From NCBI GenBank assembly GCA_001770205.1, contig MEQL01000047.1:62001-126000 (forward strand): a DNA stretch of 64,000 nt, written 5' to 3'. Position numbers and translations under genes: made by a program. The notes under the pieces were generated by a model. That model did no database searches, was not told the origin of the DNA, and saw nothing but the letters and a program-made list of their open reading frames with translations. The stretch comes from Bdellovibrionales bacterium RIFOXYD12_FULL_39_22 (GTDB lineage Bacteria; Bdellovibrionota; Bacteriovoracia; Bacteriovoracales; Bacteriovoracaceae). This document shows, piece by piece, positions 62,195 through 64,000 of the stretch (position 1 is its first letter; every line of letters begins with the position of its first letter).

Positions 62195-62226
62195 TTGAGC
62201 GGTAATAACTATTTATTGCCGCTCAA
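62195..62226 (+). terminator. Hairpin after the malic enzyme gene
   Basis: TTGAGCGGTAATAA/TTATTGCCGCTCAA 14-bp stem with one G-U pair; no U-tract. Confidence 0.45.
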
Positions 62227-62239
62227 GCATTGAGTTTGA

Positions 62240-62899
62240 ATGGAACCATCATATCGTTTTGATTACAAAAAAAATATCTCCTACTCTAAACTCATTAGTC
62301 GCCTATTTGCCTTTTCATTGACTTTTTTTTTAATCTACTCCTTTTTTTGTTATTTTTTTATTCTCTCTTCTAACAAAGAAAACACTAATTCTTCCGAATT
62401 TTTTTTCAATCGCCCGCCAGACGTAATTGTGGTTTTTACCGGTGATACAGGGAGGATTCCTTACGCCATAGAACAGGCCAAGAAATTTAAGCAATCAAAT
62501 ATTTTGATTACAGGAGTCTATTCTAAAAATACCGTTGAATCACTTCTGCGGCCACTTGAGGATGCTGCCGATCTAGATATTAATCAGCTTTCCATAGATT
62601 ATACGGCCAGAAATACTATTGAAAACGCCATTGCCACTCTACGCCATTTACGCGAACACAAAACACTCTTTAATGTATTAATTATTTCTCATGACTATCA
62701 CCTGATGCGCATAAAACTTACCATGAATAAACTACGCACGGGCCATGACGATTTTGAGTTTTTCTATTCCGGAATCAAGACAGATTATTCTAAATGGCGC
62801 AACCTAAAAATATTATACAAAGAAGTATTTAAACTCTTTCGCGCATATATTTTTCTATCATTTTGGGATGCTGAGATTATCACCACCGAAAGCATTTAA
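62240..62899 (+). CDS. YdcF/ElyC (DUF218) family protein
   Basis: TM; DVIVVFTG...RI, ITG, ARNTIENA, SHDYHLMR. Confidence 0.85.
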   Translation: MEPSYRFDYKKNISYSKLISRLFAFSLTFFLIYSFFCYFFILSSNKENTNSSEFFFNRPPDVIVVFTGDTGRIPYAIEQAKKFKQSNILITGVYSKNTVESLLRPLEDAADLDINQLSIDYTARNTIENAIATLRHLREHKTLFNVLIISHDYHLMRIKLTMNKLRTGHDDFEFFYSGIKTDYSKWRNLKILYKEVFKLFRAYIFLSFWDAEIITTESI

Positions 62900-64000
62900 T
62901 TAAATTCTGCTAACGCTAATAACTTCCTCTAGAGACTCTAGGGCGCTAGTAATTCGCAGAAGCTCACTAAAATCTTTTACTTCAACTTCAAATAAAAAAC
63001 TTCCCTTCCGATCAGGCAGCGATTTGGCGATGGCAGTACGGATATTGATATTAAGTTTATTAATGGCATTAGAAATTTGTGACAACATTCCTGGCCGATC
63101 ATGTGTTATCACTCGAATATTCACTGGATGCTTAAATTTAAACTCCTCATTCCAGGTAACATTAATCGTGCGCTCAGCATCATGCATTTCCACCCGATCA
63201 CAGCTAACGGTGTGCACCGTAATACCACGCCCCCTGGTAATATGTCCGACTATTGGATCTCCAGGAATTGGACTACAACATTTGGCAATACGAACTACTA
63301 AGTCATCCATGCCATCAACAATTACGGCATTATCTCGATGCGCTTTTTTCTTAACCGCGTCAGTTAGTTTTTGCGAATAAGTAGAAATCTCATCAATCTT
63401 CTGCTCAATAATCTCTGGGCCCTCTTCCGTTCCTTTTTTCTGCAATGTTGGAGCAAAAGACAAAATATGCTGAGTAGTAATTTTCCCCGCCCCCACTCCA
63501 ATAAAAAGCTCCTCGTCTGATTGTAAATTGCACCCCTTCAAAATATCATTCCAAGCTTCGCTCTTTTTTAATGTTTTAACCGAAGTAGAAAAAAGACGCA
63601 GCGTTTTCTCCAATAGATCCTCTCCAACATCTCTACTATGTTCTCGTTCTACCTTTTGTAGCCACTGTTTAATTTTTGTTTTTGCTTTTGAAGTTTTAAC
63701 AATATTAAGCCAATCCTTAGAAGGAGTTTGTGTTTTGCTAGTCAAAACCTCTACCGAATCACCAGATTTTAATTTATAGCGCAAAGGTACAATTTTACCA
63801 TTAACCTTGGCCCCAACGCAGTGATTGCCAACTTCAGAGTGAACGGCATAAGCGAAATCAAGAGGGGTCGCAGAGTGACGTAATTCTAATACTTCTCCTT
63901 TGGGAGTAAATACATAAATTCCACCCATATCAAGATCATTTTTTACTACGTTCATAAATTCGCTGTTGCTATCAACATTCTTATTGAATTCCAACAACTC
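62900..64000 (-). CDS. relA: RelA/SpoT (p)ppGpp synthetase/hydrolase, C-terminal part (runs off the window)
   Basis: TGS (VFTPKG, TPLDFAYAVH, GAKVNG), AKCCSPIPGD, ACT (DRPGML). Confidence 0.93.
   Translation of the reverse strand, partial: ELLEFNKNVDSNSEFMNVVKNDLDMGGIYVFTPKGEVLELRHSATPLDFAYAVHSEVGNHCVGAKVNGKIVPLRYKLKSGDSVEVLTSKTQTPSKDWLNIVKTSKAKTKIKQWLQKVEREHSRDVGEDLLEKTLRLFSTSVKTLKKSEAWNDILKGCNLQSDEELFIGVGAGKITTQHILSFAPTLQKKGTEEGPEIIEQKIDEISTYSQKLTDAVKKKAHRDNAVIVDGMDDLVVRIAKCCSPIPGDPIVGHITRGRGITVHTVSCDRVEMHDAERTINVTWNEEFKFKHPVNIRVITHDRPGMLSQISNAINKLNINIRTAIAKSLPDRKGSFLFEVEVKDFSELLRITSALESLEEVISVSRI

Overview
AT-rich, densely coding bacterial chromosomal segment with about 63 CDS. I saw no rRNA, tRNA, CRISPR array, transposase or integrase. 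Gene content and protein style (PopA-like outer-membrane barrel, FliG_C-like protein, many secreted hydrolases, sigma28-type promoters on non-flagellar genes) suggest Bdellovibrionota, probably Bacteriovoracia/Oligoflexia-like; this is inference from remembered family features, not a database search. Housekeeping blocks: pta-ackA, hbd-prpDBC (methylcitrate cycle), ugd-nitrilase, ktrB-ktrA-sensor-lepA, pilW-like-rodZ, lptF/pepA-trmL, mltD, lgt, rplU-rpmA-obgE-rsfS-rlmH, malic enzyme and a partial relA/spoT. Accessory or secreted genes: LVIVD and NHL repeat lipoproteins, C25 gingipain-like protease, endonuclease I, S1/P1 nuclease, a HEPN-MNT pair and a Sel1 protein. Best candidates for new biology: (1) a sigma28-type-promoter unit encoding an HP0729-like protein with a HEPN motif, followed by a TGS-uridine kinase and an S1/P1 nuclease; (2) strong over-representation of GGCC in the regions I counted; (3) two membrane sensors with no kinase (heme-c/HAMP/Cys-His tail, and HAMP-PAS inside the Ktr operon); (4) a small heat-shock protein with a signal peptide; (5) a structured rplU leader.
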